NCBI GenBank assembly: GCA_965644295.1
Contig: CBFFRP010000211.1
Span: forward strand, 50,585-114,584
Source: Paraphysomonas bandaiensis
Taxonomy: Eukaryota > Protista > Chrysophyceae
Length of the DNA: 64,000 nucleotides
Reading direction: 5' to 3'
The first letter of the stretch is position 1. The number at the start of each line of letters is the position of its first letter. Positions 1-13,300 of the stretch are shown in pieces. The notes under the pieces are model-generated. The model searched no databases and was not told where the DNA came from. It saw nothing but the letters and a program-made list of their open reading frames with translations. The position numbers and the translations under genes are program-made.

Positions 1-1278
1 TCACTATAATGTTGTCATTGCAATCAAGTTTGATATATGTCTACAAAAAGAATAACAGTAACGCAATACTCATTACTATAACTCACATCTAACACAGTTC
101 GATCAGCCTTTGGCAATTAACTCAGCTAGGTAGTCATCTGAAGAGCATGAAATAATCTACCACTCGCTATTGAACCATCTGCCAACTGGCATTCGATTAT
201 ATTGCATGAAATGGAAGTGCACGTATCATCCACATTGTGAAGCTATAATCATGCTTTGTCGCAAATTGTACAGTGTATTCATTGGATGAGCTCAGTGTAC
301 ATAAATGCATTACACTGGAAAAAGAATCAAAAAGTTAATATTACAAAGTACAGTTGAACGAGTTATGTGAACTGTGAGCTCCTGATCAGTGCAACTAAAC
401 TTTTTATCTCAGTGTTGCGCACAGTATTCATCCTGCTGCACTTAATATAATGGTGTTTCTGAAAGCTTATCACCACTTATACCCTGATGTATACTCCACG
501 AACGTGATGATGCCGTTACCACTGATGGATTAGAGGATGAGTATGAAGTATGAAGAAATTGTGATTAGCTCAGCAGTAGGTAGTTATTTTTTGCTGCGTA
601 GTGGGTTTGGTTATCATGTGATCTTATTAACATGTACTAAAAACAGAATATACGTATATATTTAGCTGCTGGTTAATGGTTAATGGTAAATTGTACTAAT
701 ATACTGCAAACTGCAAAATATATAATATATTGACAATAGTATTGTTGAAACGATTGGAAATGTATTACGATGTATTGTTGAACAATTGTTCCCTGGCATA
801 TACGTACCATCACATATGCTATGAAGAACACTTGAACAAATTAAAATAATAATATTATTTTACATCGCCAGGTATAACTATGCTGTGCTTGTAGAAAACT
901 GCACAATCCTGATGTAGGTATTCGCATTCGAATCTGAACGGTACTACTTGAAGAGCATGAGACAGTATTACGATTCGTATAACATTGTCGCCAGTAATAT
1001 CTTCTTGTACTAATAGTGGTGCATGAGTGAATAGCACCCATAAGATTCAATGGGTACAAGAACTGATATGACTGTGCGAGAAAAAATATAGAATACATAT
1101 GGTTCAGAGCAAAAAATATATATACAACGACCACTGCATATTAATTTATTCTTCCGATATGAATTAACATACTGAATACTGAAGCAAAAGAATTATAGAA
1201 TCCATATTTTGTGTTCAAAAGAGTTTTGTAATACAATGTCTAGAAGTATCATTGCCGCTAATAGACGGTAATGACTAG

Positions 1279-2216
1279 TTACATCGCATCAGCTCTGTAC
1301 CATGCAATAAACTCTTCGTATTGAATTTTCCCGTCGCCATTGGCGTCAAGAAGGAGAAGCGCGGACTCAAGAGAATTATAGTCCAGTGGTGACCCCAGTT
1401 CTTGGCACAGAGGGGCAAGCCTATATATGTATAAAATTATCATTCGAATTTCGTAGACGTGGTGTATTTTCATATATATTCACTAATAACAAGTAAAACG
1501 TTGCCCGCAAATGACACAAGCACACATAAACGATTTATTGTTACATATAGGATGACGTAAACACTTACTCTGCAGTCGACAAACACCCATCCCTATCCTT
1601 GTCGTGTTGTTGAAACAATGCGGCTACTCTTTGAGAATCGAATTGCTCATCTTTTATTTTGGCTAGCTGCTGCTGAGCGCTTCGATTCGAATAAAACAAA
1701 ACAACACCAATAGAAATTACAAATAGGCCAGAAATAAAGGAAAATATGCCCCCTTTTGCGCAAAGAATAGTTCCACAAAAAACATAAAATGCGCCACGGC
1801 CGTAAGGTAAATACAAGAAGTGGGCTTCTCGTCTAAGTAGTGCTAGGTATTCTTTAGATAAAGTTTGGTTTTTGTATTCTAATATCACGGCAATAGCCCC
1901 AAAGCATACTAAATACACATTTAGTAGGGCCTTGAGAGGGGAGAGGCTCGTGAGTTCGAGCAGAACACAGAGGGCCCCATTGAGAATCATGAGACTCCCT
2001 GCACATAACCCGAGAACTTTCCAGCTATATCCACCTTCTTCGGCATACTTCTGTAGAGCTGCACTGCGTCAACACTCAGATTTTTGCAAAGAATATGGAA
2101 CTGGCTTACAATTTCTCGGATGCGATCCGCTTTCCACTTTCAATGCCCTTCATAGCCATGCTCTTTGCCTCTTCAACATCAACATCATCCCCAAGTATTT
2201 TAGTATATTCACTCAT
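1279..2216 (-). CDS. COPI-associated (TVP15-like) small multi-pass membrane protein with two C-terminal EF-hands; exons 2216-2110, 2063-1569, 1420-1279
   Basis: GT-AG introns 2064-2109 and 1421-1568 join the ORFs in frame. Motif FLYLPYGRGAFYVFCG is typical of COPI_assoc proteins; EF-hand loops DKDRDGCLSTAE and DANGDGKIQYEE. Confidence 0.8.
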
Positions 2217-2487
2217 ATTAGCAATCAGGATAATATGCCGTTGCGGAGAGTTTAGTGAACTTGAAACAATGTTGCTGTTAATTCAATGCGAGTTCAACTA
2301 AACCGCATCGTAACCATCCAAATATGATTGGACATATTTCTATACAACCAATCATCATCTAACTAGGATGATCAAAGCGAATCTACTGGTCCAATTTAAA
2401 ATATCATGCTAAAATACAGGAAGAAAGACGACATCAAATCTAGAAATACAGGAATTTCAGGACATCAGCTTTCGAATTTTTTGTAAA

Positions 2488-3610
2488 ATGGAGGCTGTAT
2501 ACAGCGGAGTATACCCGGTATATACCAGCAGCATACACACAGAGTAGAGAGCCAATTGCAATGCCAGCACACTGCATCTATATATGGATTGCAACTGCAC
2601 CGCTATAGACATTAGCACTCTACCACCAAACATCTGTTGATATGTTTCTTTTGGTGGGTTCTCTTTGGTTTCTTTCTTCAGCACTTCTATCGACCTATGC
2701 CAATACTACTTTTCTTATGTACTTCAAGGACCCTGTGCTGCACACACTCATACGATTCGCCGGGTCTGCTGCATTGGGAAGCTTAACCCTTATTGTTAGT
2801 GGAGATATTCATGTGAACGAGGCTTTATCTGTATCTGTTAATGTTGCACAACCGGCTGTACTGCTCTGGCTTGCCAACTACGCCAACAGTATCGCTCTGC
2901 AGGAAGCAGGCATTACTTTAACCTACGTCCTTAAGGCTGGAATACCTGTTTTCACTGTTCTGGTTTGTGCTGCTTCCGGCCAGAAGATCCCTGTTGTGAT
3001 TTACTTGTCATTACTTCCAATATGTTTGGGGGTTGGGCTGGCTTGTATGGGGGACCTCAATTTCACCGTCATTGGTTTTACTGCAGCTCTCACCAGCGCA
3101 CTGGCACAAACATTTATGAATATTTCAATCAAATCAGTAAGGACAAAAATGGGATATAGTGGAATGAAATCTTTTTGGGGGATGTCAATCGTTTGTACAA
3201 TTGTGACCTTCGTAGTTATGCTCACCGGCGGGATTGCAGCAACAGGCCAAGGTGAGAGTAGTACGTTCAATACATTTGAGAAAGTAACCGCAGCCTACAC
3301 CGCACTTTTGAATGGTGATAACTGGCCTGTTGTACTTATATTTATAGCAGCTCTGGCATATTACATAGAGTACGCGTTGAATTTTGTCTTTGTGGGTTTT
3401 GTGAGCAGTGTGGCATTCAGTGTCAGCGATATTGCGCGCCGCGTGGCGATCATTTCTATCGGCTCAGTTGTATTTAACAAACAACTCACAGTCATGAATT
3501 GGGTTGGAATTGCGGTCGCTTTAGGTGGTGTTTTGTGGTACACACATTTAGAGAACGAGAGAGCGGTTGCCGATGCAGTAAAAAAGAATGATGGCGCCAA
3601 GTCGATGTGA
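2488..3610 (+). CDS. Triose-phosphate/nucleotide-sugar transporter family (TPT, DMT superfamily)
   Basis: ORF 2642-3610 with about 9-10 hydrophobic segments and motifs TYVLKAGIPVFTV, SLLPICLGVGLA, SVSDIARRVAII. An in-frame acceptor (ctatag, 2608) and an upstream ATG at 2488 suggest a short first exon; the 5' end is tentative. Confidence 0.8.
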
Positions 3611-4277
3611 ATATGTCGTTCGTATAGAAGCACGAGTGTTCTATATAGCAACCGTTGTTGTGTTTGTAATACGCAAGAGAATAATTTTAAGTATGGTTTA
3701 GTGAAACTTTTTGTGTTTTTGTTGGACTTCTAAATTCACTATGCATTCCACAATGACAATGTCAAGCAGAAGCCTAAGTAAACTTCTTGTCCTTTAGCTT
3801 ACTGCTCATTTTATAGACGCAACAGATTGTTAATGCTGCAATAAATTTTCGCTAGTGCTACGTATTGAAATGTCTACATGAAGTCGAGTACACTATTGAC
3901 TATTGCACACCTTGATGGCAGAAAACGAGAAGGTTCCCTCTGGTAACATTGTAGTGTGACAGATCTTGTAGAGCAGATAAAATAGTTCAGTTCGCTATTA
4001 TTTCATTTTATATATGTATTCACGTATTCGAATTAGCGATCCTTTATATCGAGTTTCAATTGTATATCACCTACTCTGCAAGCCCAACTCCCTATAGCAA
4101 ATTCATTGAGGCTGGAATTACTACTATATATTTTCATGTACAATATTGATGCATTTCATCAGTGAACAATATAATATCAATAGTTTGATATATATATACC
4201 TAATTAGTACTATTACCATGTATTATGCAAAAGCGCCTCACCTAAATATCGTACTGAATCCAGGTTAAACAATGTGC

Positions 4278-6879
4278 TCACGACATGAAGAGTGATTTTA
4301 TAACCATTCCCACAACCACGAAACTCACAACTTTAACATTCCCAGATATATTTCGCAACTTCTCACATTCACAGATGATAAATTGTAAGCCACTCCACAG
4401 AAGACTGCTGTGCTTAACACTTTTACATTTAGCATAAGCTTCTTCCTTAGTCACTCTTGCTCGCATAGAGTGCCCATATCCGCTGAGAAATTTCTTCACT
4501 GACTCATTGCTCTTGTCGATTGCAACTGTGTACTCCTTTCCAGGACCTCGTCGCTGCCACCACTTGGAGCGCGTTTCAGTTCCAACCAACTCCACACCAG
4601 GTATACCACGACTCCAAGACGTATTTAAACGAGTAAAGTCGTATTCATAGAGTGTTGCCCGCACAGCACCCGGCGGGACAGATTTGAAAGGATACTCAGT
4701 CTGATCGAGAAGAGAGATGACTTCATAACTGTCATCCTGAAGAAGTTTGTGAAGGAAATTAATAAACCACGAATGATGCGTGTACGACCCCAAAGCTGCA
4801 AACCACCTAAAAAAGAAATAAGATAAAACAATCAAGCCACTGAACTGAAATAAAAAAGTAACGCAGTAGAACACATCTAAGGAAAAAATATCAATATACT
4901 ACACAATAACATACATACTTAAACTCAAACTATAATGTTTCAGTAATTAAAAATATTACACTCTACAAAACAATAATTAAATATGCACAGCATATCACGC
5001 ATCATATCGACATACATATGCCAGTCCAATCTGGGCTGATGGGGAACTACGAAAGTGGGCATTTTTGTCACATTTCCGGGTTTGTGTAAAAATGGGATCT
5101 CTAGCCACTCTCCAGTAGCACTATCCATCCCTTCTACAATTATTTCTGGCCGAGCTACGTGCGCTGGAGGAATGCCCCCGATTCCAGGAGAACTAAACGG
5201 CTTCCCGACACCGGTCATCTGACGAAACAACCCATATCCGGAAGAAATATGCAGCATTTGAAATTCGCGTAGGGAAGTAGCATGCTTAACTGAAGGGTGA
5301 ATGTACGGTGCAACGCTTCCCCCTATATGCATCAGTGGTATAGCGCTGACCTGAATGTACACTATTCCAACTAGCAACGAAACTATCAAAGATACCAATC
5401 GGATCATGCCAACACGCCACGGAGCAGTTCTGACAGTATGAATCATTTCACGAAATCCTTGCAGCCCCATAAAAAAGACAGATATACCTAAAAATAACTA
5501 AGCACACATATAAAATTATTGTGCTTCCTGAAACTCACCCATTGCACTAACACAACACGGGGTAATGTATTCAGCCAAATGGAAGTCATGTCTCATGCGA
5601 ACTTGTACATTATCCATTAGATAACTTAAGTTTTCGACCCTCATGGAGGTCGGCCAGGTCACTTCAAACATCTTCACCATACTCCATATAACAAAAAAAA
5701 TCACAAATATCGTCTGAAGAGCATTCCCTGCGAAACAAAATAACAGCCTGTAAATACTGCACGGTATTCCTTTCACATTCAAAAAGTAATACATTCATAC
5801 AATACAGAAAGAATATCAATCTTAAAACTCACCCATATAAACTGAGGCTACATGCTTCCTAGGCTGTGGTAGAGACATTCCTACTAACGAAATTGAATCA
5901 CTCGCCCATACAGGAACCAGCAAAGCCAGGGCAAGTAAATTGAAAAAATTATAGTTGCCAGTGGCTATAATTAAAACTTGGAGGATAGCTTGTAAAATAG
6001 CACCAATTCGACGAGTTAGACGAAATGGAGCCAGCATAAGAAAAGTGTACGGGATTTCAATCAAGAGAGTAGCAGCGACCCCCATGCGCAAAAGAAGAGG
6101 ATGTAACTGATGAACATACCAGGACAGTCCATTTGGAAGGCATTGGGTCGCAAAATGATACTGTTGATAAAATATCAGTTACACATACACACTAATTAGT
6201 TTAAGATTTAAAACAAATAAACGCAGAAATACACGATAATAGAATATAGTTTCAAAAACAATATAACATTAGAAATGGCACAGAATAAAGAGAATATATT
6301 ACACTGCCCCACCTCCAGTGCAGTCAAACCTTCCCAGGTAGGACACCGGGATTGCAACTTCACGACTCCAGCCATGAACATCAGTTTCCACATAAGAAAG
6401 CGAAAACACCAATTCAGAAGTTTATATTGTTCGCTTCGTTGAAACAGTGAGGCGATAATACAGAGAAAGCCAACTTCAAGTAGTAATATATCCCACTGGA
6501 AACCGAGAAATACTTGACCAACAAGATACAAGGACAAATACGAAAGCCAAAGTATGACCCACAGCAGATTGTAATGATAACCGACACTTACAAGCACACT
6601 GCAAACTATGCCAAGAAGTAAAAGAAACTCACAACATGCATCGACAGACACTCCCATATCGTCCGCGTAATGCACCACAGATGGAAACTGTAAAAAATTC
6701 CAAAGAAAGGAGACAATAGAGTCATATCCGTGATGCTTAGGAACCCGGGAGATAAAGTCCTCCACGGGAAGGATGCCGTTGATGCCCAAGAGGCCTGGAA
6801 ACTGGACATAGAGAGACACAAAGGCAGCGAGATATATGACACCGATGAGCTTATACAACATCTTGTTATCGTTTGACAT
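4278..6879 (-). CDS. LMF2: Lipase maturation factor 2-like ER membrane protein, multi-exon
   Basis: Motifs GQVFLGFQWDILLLEVG, LMFMAGVVKLQSRCPTW, YHFATQCLP (after splicing intron 6161-6312), GNYNFFN, YGLFRQMTG, PHQPRLDW, WFAAL. Confidence 0.92.
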
Positions 6880-7336
6880 GGCGATATCTTCTTAATGAAG
6901 CTTCATATATAGCATATTTAAACTGTGCTGAGGACTGCAGGTGCACTCTGTATATGCATGTTCCACTCTGAGGAGTGTGAGCTATAACGTCAATAGTTCG
7001 CAGCATATGGACACAACCCACAGAGGGCCTAAAAAAAGGTGGGCTTTTAAGGCCTGTGAAGACTGAAAAAGGGGAGTTTCTATATTCCTACTGCAACAGT
7101 GTACTGCTTTCCTACAGGCAGAGCGAGTTTATCATGTAGAGCCGGTCACAGAACACTAAAGAAGAGTGTGTCGTATATAATAACAGAATCAAACACTAAT
7201 GAGCAGTGAACCAGTAGACTCAGAGTGTACTGAGAGAGTGAGTGAATACTTTATGTGAGCTGAAGCCATGTCTCTCTATCAGAGTATTTGAACTATGATC
7301 ATGCCTGTGGACCGAACTATATAATCCTCTGTAGTT

Positions 7337-10300
7337 ATGGGGTCACACGTACATCTCGTGCGTTATTTGATGATTTATTTTGTTTTGGTGGTCTCATTCT
7401 CACTTCATTCTAATGCAAATTCTCGTGATGTGTCTTCTTATTCCTCTCTAGCAAACAGTGTCTTGTGTGATCTCATTCAATCAACTTCTATGCGTGAAAA
7501 TGTGGGTACGAGTTGGTCTTGTGACACTGTCGCATATTCAAAATGCAGCTGGGAAGGATTGCTTTGTTCCAATGGGACAATAATAGCGGTTTCCTTGTCT
7601 TCAAGAGGGTTACATGGCACAATTCCGTCATCATTGGGACTACTCACGAGCGTTCGAAGTATCGATTTGTCAAGCAATTTTCTTTCTGGACCTCTGCCGT
7701 CTACTATCGGCAAACTTGTTCTTCTGGAGTCACTCTACCTGCAGAGTAACCTATTGTCAGGCTCCATTCCGTCGTCACTCTCCCTCATGCATCATCTTGT
7801 ACATTTCGATGTATCACACAACTTCCTGACTGGGATGTTACCGTCATCATTAGAGAAGCTTTCCTATAAAAATTCATTCGACGCCAGCTACAACTTAGTG
7901 ACTGTAATAAATCCTTCATGTACACCAACACTAGTACCGGTATCTCTATTGACATCATCTCCTACATATCAACCTACATTATCACCAACGCTTTCACCAT
8001 CTGGCGAAACGTCCACAGGTTCACCGTCGTTACCAGCGAGTGCGACTCCAACTGCTTCACCAACTCGGAATCCTTCATGTACACCAACACTAGTACCGGT
8101 ATCTCTATTGACATCATCTCCTACATATCAACCTACATTATCACCAACGCTTCCACCATCTGGCGAAACGTCCACAGGTTCACCGTCGTTACCAGCGAGT
8201 GCGACTCCAACTGCTTCACCAACTCGGAATCCTTCATGTACACCAACACTAGTACCGGTATCTCTATTGACATCATCTCCTACATATCAACCTACATTAT
8301 CACCAACGCTTTCACCATCTGGCGAAACGTCCACAGGTTCACCGTCGTTACCAGCGAGTGCGACTCCAACTGCTTCACCAACTCGGAATCCTTCATGTAC
8401 ACCAACACTAGTACCGGTATCTCTATTGACATCATCTCCTACATATCAACCTACATTATCACCAACGCTTCCACCATCTGGCGAAACGTCCACAGGTTCA
8501 CCGTCGTTACCAGCGAGTGCGACTCCAACTGCTTCACCAACTCGGAGTCCTTCATGTACACCAACACTAGTACCGGTATCTCTATTGACATCATCTCCTA
8601 CATATCAACCTACATTATCACCAACGCTTTCACCATCTGGCGAAACGTCCACAGGTTCACCGTCGTTACCAGCGAGTGCGACTCCAACTGCTTCACCAAC
8701 TCGGAATCCTTCATGTACACCAACACTAGTACCGGTATCTCTATTGACATCATCTCCTACATATCAACCTACATTATCACCAACGCTTCCACCATCTGGC
8801 GAAACGTCCACAGGTTCACCGTCGTTACCAGCGAGTGCGACTCCAACTGCTTCACCAACTCGGAATCCTTCATGTACACCAACACTAGTACCGGTATCTC
8901 TATTGACATCATCTCCTACATATCAACCTACATTATCACCAACGCTTTCACCATCTGGCGAAACGTCCACAGGTTCACCGTCGTTACCAGCGAGTGCGAC
9001 TCCAACTGCTTCACCAACTCGGAATCCTTCATGTACACCAACACTAGTACCGGTATCTCTATTGACATCATCTCCTACATATCAACCTACATTATCACCA
9101 ACGCTTCCACCATCTGGCGAAACGTCCACAGGTTCACCGTCGTTACCAGCGAGTGCGACTCCAACTGCTTCACCAACTCGGAGTCCTTCATGTACACCAA
9201 CACTAGTACCGGTATCTCTATTGACATCATCTCCTACATATCAACCTACATTATCACCAACGCTTTCACCATCTGGCGAAACGTCCACAGGTTCACCGTC
9301 GTTACCAGCGAGTGCGACTCCAACTGCTTCACCAACTCGGAATCCTTCATGTACACCAACACTAGTACCGGTATCTCTATTGACATCATCTCCTACATAT
9401 CAACCTACATTATCACCAACGCTTCCACCATCTGGCGAAACGTCCACAGGTTCACCGTCGTTACCAGCGAGTGCGACTCCAACTGCTTCACCAACTCGGA
9501 ATCCTTCATGTACACCAACACTAGTACCGGTATCTCTATTGACATCATCTCCTACATATCAACCTACATTATCACCAACGCTTCCACCATCTGGCGAAAC
9601 GTCCACAGGTTCACCGTCGTTACCAGCGAGTGCGACGCCTACGTCAGACTCACCAAGTGGCAACACGACTAGTCATCCATTTCCAGATCCAACTCCCAGT
9701 CCGACACTGTCTCCACTTTCGTTGCCTGTTTTGACCGCTTCTCCGACTTCAAGTGGCAACACGACTAGTCATCCATTTCCAGATCCAACTCCCAGTCCGA
9801 CACTGTCTCCACTTTCGTTGCCTGTTTTGACCGCTTCTCCGACTTCAAGTGGCAACACAACTAGTCATCCATTTCCAGATCCGACTCCCAGTCCGACACT
9901 GTCTCCACTTTCGTTGCCTGTTTTGACCGCTTCTCCGACTTCAAGTGGCAACACGACTAGTCATCCATTTCCAGATCCAACTCCCAGTCCGACACTGTCT
10001 CCACTTTCGTTGCCTGTTTTGACCGCTTCTCCGACTTCAAGTGGCAACACAACTAGTCATCCATTTCCAGATCCGACTCCCAGTCCGACACTGTCTCCAC
10101 TTTCGTTGCCTGTTTTGACCGCTTCTCCGACTTCAAGTGGCAACACAACTAGTCATCCATTTCCAGATCCGACTCCCAGTCCGACACTGTCTCCACTTTC
10201 GTTGCCTGTTTTGACCGCTTCTCCGACTTCAAGTGGCAACACAACTAGTCATCCATTTCCAGATCCGACTCCCAGTCCGACACTGTCTCCACTTTCGTTG

Positions 10301-13300
10301 CCTGTTTTGACCGCTTCTCCGACTTCAAGTGGCAACACGACTAGTCATCCATTTCCAGATCCGACTCCCAGTCCGACACTGTCTCCACTTTCGTTGCCTG
10401 TTTTGACCGCTTCTCCGACTTCAAGTGGCAACACGACTAGTCATCCATTTCCAGATCCGACTCCCAGTCCGACACTGTCTCCACTTTCGTTGCCTGTTTT
10501 GACCGCTTCTCCGACTTCAAGTGGCAACACAACTAGTCATCCATTTCCAGATCCGACTCCCAGTCCGACACTGTCTCCACTTTCGTTGCCTGTTTTGACC
10601 GCTTCTCCGACTTCAAGTGGCAACACAACTAGTCATCCATTTCCAGATCCAACTCCCAGTCCGACACTGTCTCCACTTTCGTTGCCTGTTTTGACCGCTT
10701 CTCCGACTTCAAGTGGCAACACAACTAGTCATCCATTTCCAGATCCGACTCCCAGTCCGACACTGTCTCCACTTTCGTTGCCTGTTTTGACCGCTTCTCC
10801 GACTTCAAGTGGCAACACGACTAGTCATCCATTTCCAGATCCGACTCCCAGTCCGACACTGTCTCCACTTTCGTTGCCTGTTTTGACCGCTTCTCCGACT
10901 TCAAGTGGCAACACAACTAGTCATCCATTTCCAGATCCAACTCCCAGTCCGACACTGTCTCCACTTTCGTTGCCTGTTTTGACCGCTTCTCCGACTTCAA
11001 GTGGCAACACAACTAGTCATCCATTTCCAGATCCGACTCCCAGTCCGACACTGTCTCCACTTTCGTTGCCTGTTTTGACCGCTTCTCCGACTTCAAGTGG
11101 CAACACGACTAGTCATCCATTTCCAGATCCAACTCCCAGTCCGACACTGTCTCCACTTTCGTTGCCTGTTTTGACCGCTTCTCCGACTTCAAGTGGCAAC
11201 ACAACTAGTCATCCATTTCCAGATCCGACTCCCAGTCCGACACTGTCTCCACTTTCGTTGCCTGTTTTGACCGCTTCTCCGACTTCAAGTGGCAACACAA
11301 CTAGTCATCCATTTCCAGATCCAACTCCCAGTCCGACACTGTCTCCACTTTCGTTGCCTGTTTTGACCGCTTCTCCGACTTCAAGTGGCAACACGACTAG
11401 TCATCCATTTCCAGATCCGACTCCCAGTCCGACACTGTCTCCACTTTCGTTGCCTGTTTTGACCGCTTCTCCGACTTCAAGTGGCAACACGACTAGTCAT
11501 CCATTTCCAGATCCAACTCCCAGTCCGACACTGTCTCCACTTTCGTTGCCTGTTTTGACCGCTTCTCCGACTTCAAGTGGCAACACAACTAGTCATCCAT
11601 TTCCAGATCCGACTCCCAGTCCGACACTGTCTCCACTTTCGTTGCCTGTTTTGACCGCTTCTCCGACTTCAAGTGGCAACACAACTAGTCATCCATTTCC
11701 AGATCCAACTCCCAGTCCGACACTGTCTCCACTTTCGTTGCCTGTTTTGACCGCTTCTCCGACTTCAAGTGGCAACACAACTAGTCATCCATTTCCAGAT
11801 CCGACTCCCAGTCCGACACTGTCTCCACTTTCGTTGCCTGTTTTGACCGCTTCTCCGACTTCAAGTGGCAACACGACTAGTCATCCATTTCCAGATCCAA
11901 CTCCCAGTCCGACACTGTCTCCACTTTCGTTGCCTGCTTTGACCGCTTCTCCGACTTCAAGTGGCAACACAACTAGTCATCCATTTCCAGATCCGACTCC
12001 CAGTCCGACACTATCTCCACTTTCGTTGCCTGTTTTGACCGCTTCTCCGACTTCAAGTGGCAACACGACTAGTCATCCATTTCCAGATCCAACTCCCAGT
12101 CCGACACTGTCTCCACTTTCGTTGCCTGTTTTGACCGCTTCTCCGACTTCAAGTGGCAACACAACTAGTCATCCATTTCCAGATCCGACTCCCAGTCCGA
12201 CACTATCTCCACTTTCGTTGCCTGTTTTGACCGCTTCTCCGACTTCAAGTGGCAACACAACTAGTCATCCATTTCCAGATCCAACTCCCAGTCCGACACT
12301 GTCTCCACTTTCGTTGCCTGTTTTGACCGCTTCTCCGACTTCAAGTGGCAACACAACTAGTCATCCATTTCCAGATCCGACTCCCAGTCCGACACTGTCT
12401 CCACTTTCGTTGCCTGTTTTGACCGCTTCTCCGACTTCAAGTGGCAACACAACTAGTCATCCATTTCCAGATCCAACTCCCAGTCCGACACTGTCTCCAC
12501 TTTCGTTGCCTGTTTTGACCGCTTCTCCGACTTCAAGTGGCAACACAACTAGTCATCCATTTCCAGATCCGACTCCCAGTCCGACACTGTCTCCACTTTC
12601 GTTGCCTGTTTTGACCGCTTCTCCGACTTCAAGTGGCAACACGACTAGTCATCCATTTCCAGATCCAACTCCCAGTCCGACACTGTCTCCACTTTCGTTG
12701 CCTGCTTTGACCGCTTCTCCGACTTCAAGTGGCAACACAACTAGTCATCCATTTCCAGATCCGACTCCCAGTCCGACACTATCTCCACTTTCGTTGCCTG
12801 TTTTGACCGCTTCTCCGACTTCAAGTGGCAACACGACTAGTCATCCATTTCCAGATCCAACTCCCAGTCCGACACTGTCTCCACTTTCGTTGCCTGTTTT
12901 GACCGCTTCTCCGACTTCAAGTGGCAACACAACTAGTCATCCATTTCCAGATCCGACTCCCAGTCCGACACTATCTCCACTTTCGTTGCCTGTTTTGACC
13001 GCTTCTCCGACTTCAAGTGGCAACACGACTAGTCATCCATTTCCAGATCCAACTCCCAGTCCGACACTGTCTCCACTTTCGTTGCCTGTTTTGACCGCTT
13101 CTCCGACTTCAAGTGGCAACACAACTAGTCATCCATTTCCAGATCCGACTCCCAGTCCGACACTGTCTCCACTTTCGTTGCCTGTTTTGACCGCTTCTCC
13201 GACTTCAAGTGGCAACACAACTAGTCATCCATTTCCAGATCCGACTCCCAGTCCGACACTGTCTCCACTTTCGTTGCCTGTTTTGACCGCTTCTCCGACT

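Noticed and set aside
565-590. TAGCTCAG..GGTAG resembling a tRNA A-box
   Set aside because: No B-box (GTTCRA) or cloverleaf follows.
7918-9672. 584-aa alternative-frame ORF over array A
   Set aside because: A stop-free frame in one 159-bp unit is simply propagated by the repeat; it has no independent coding signal.
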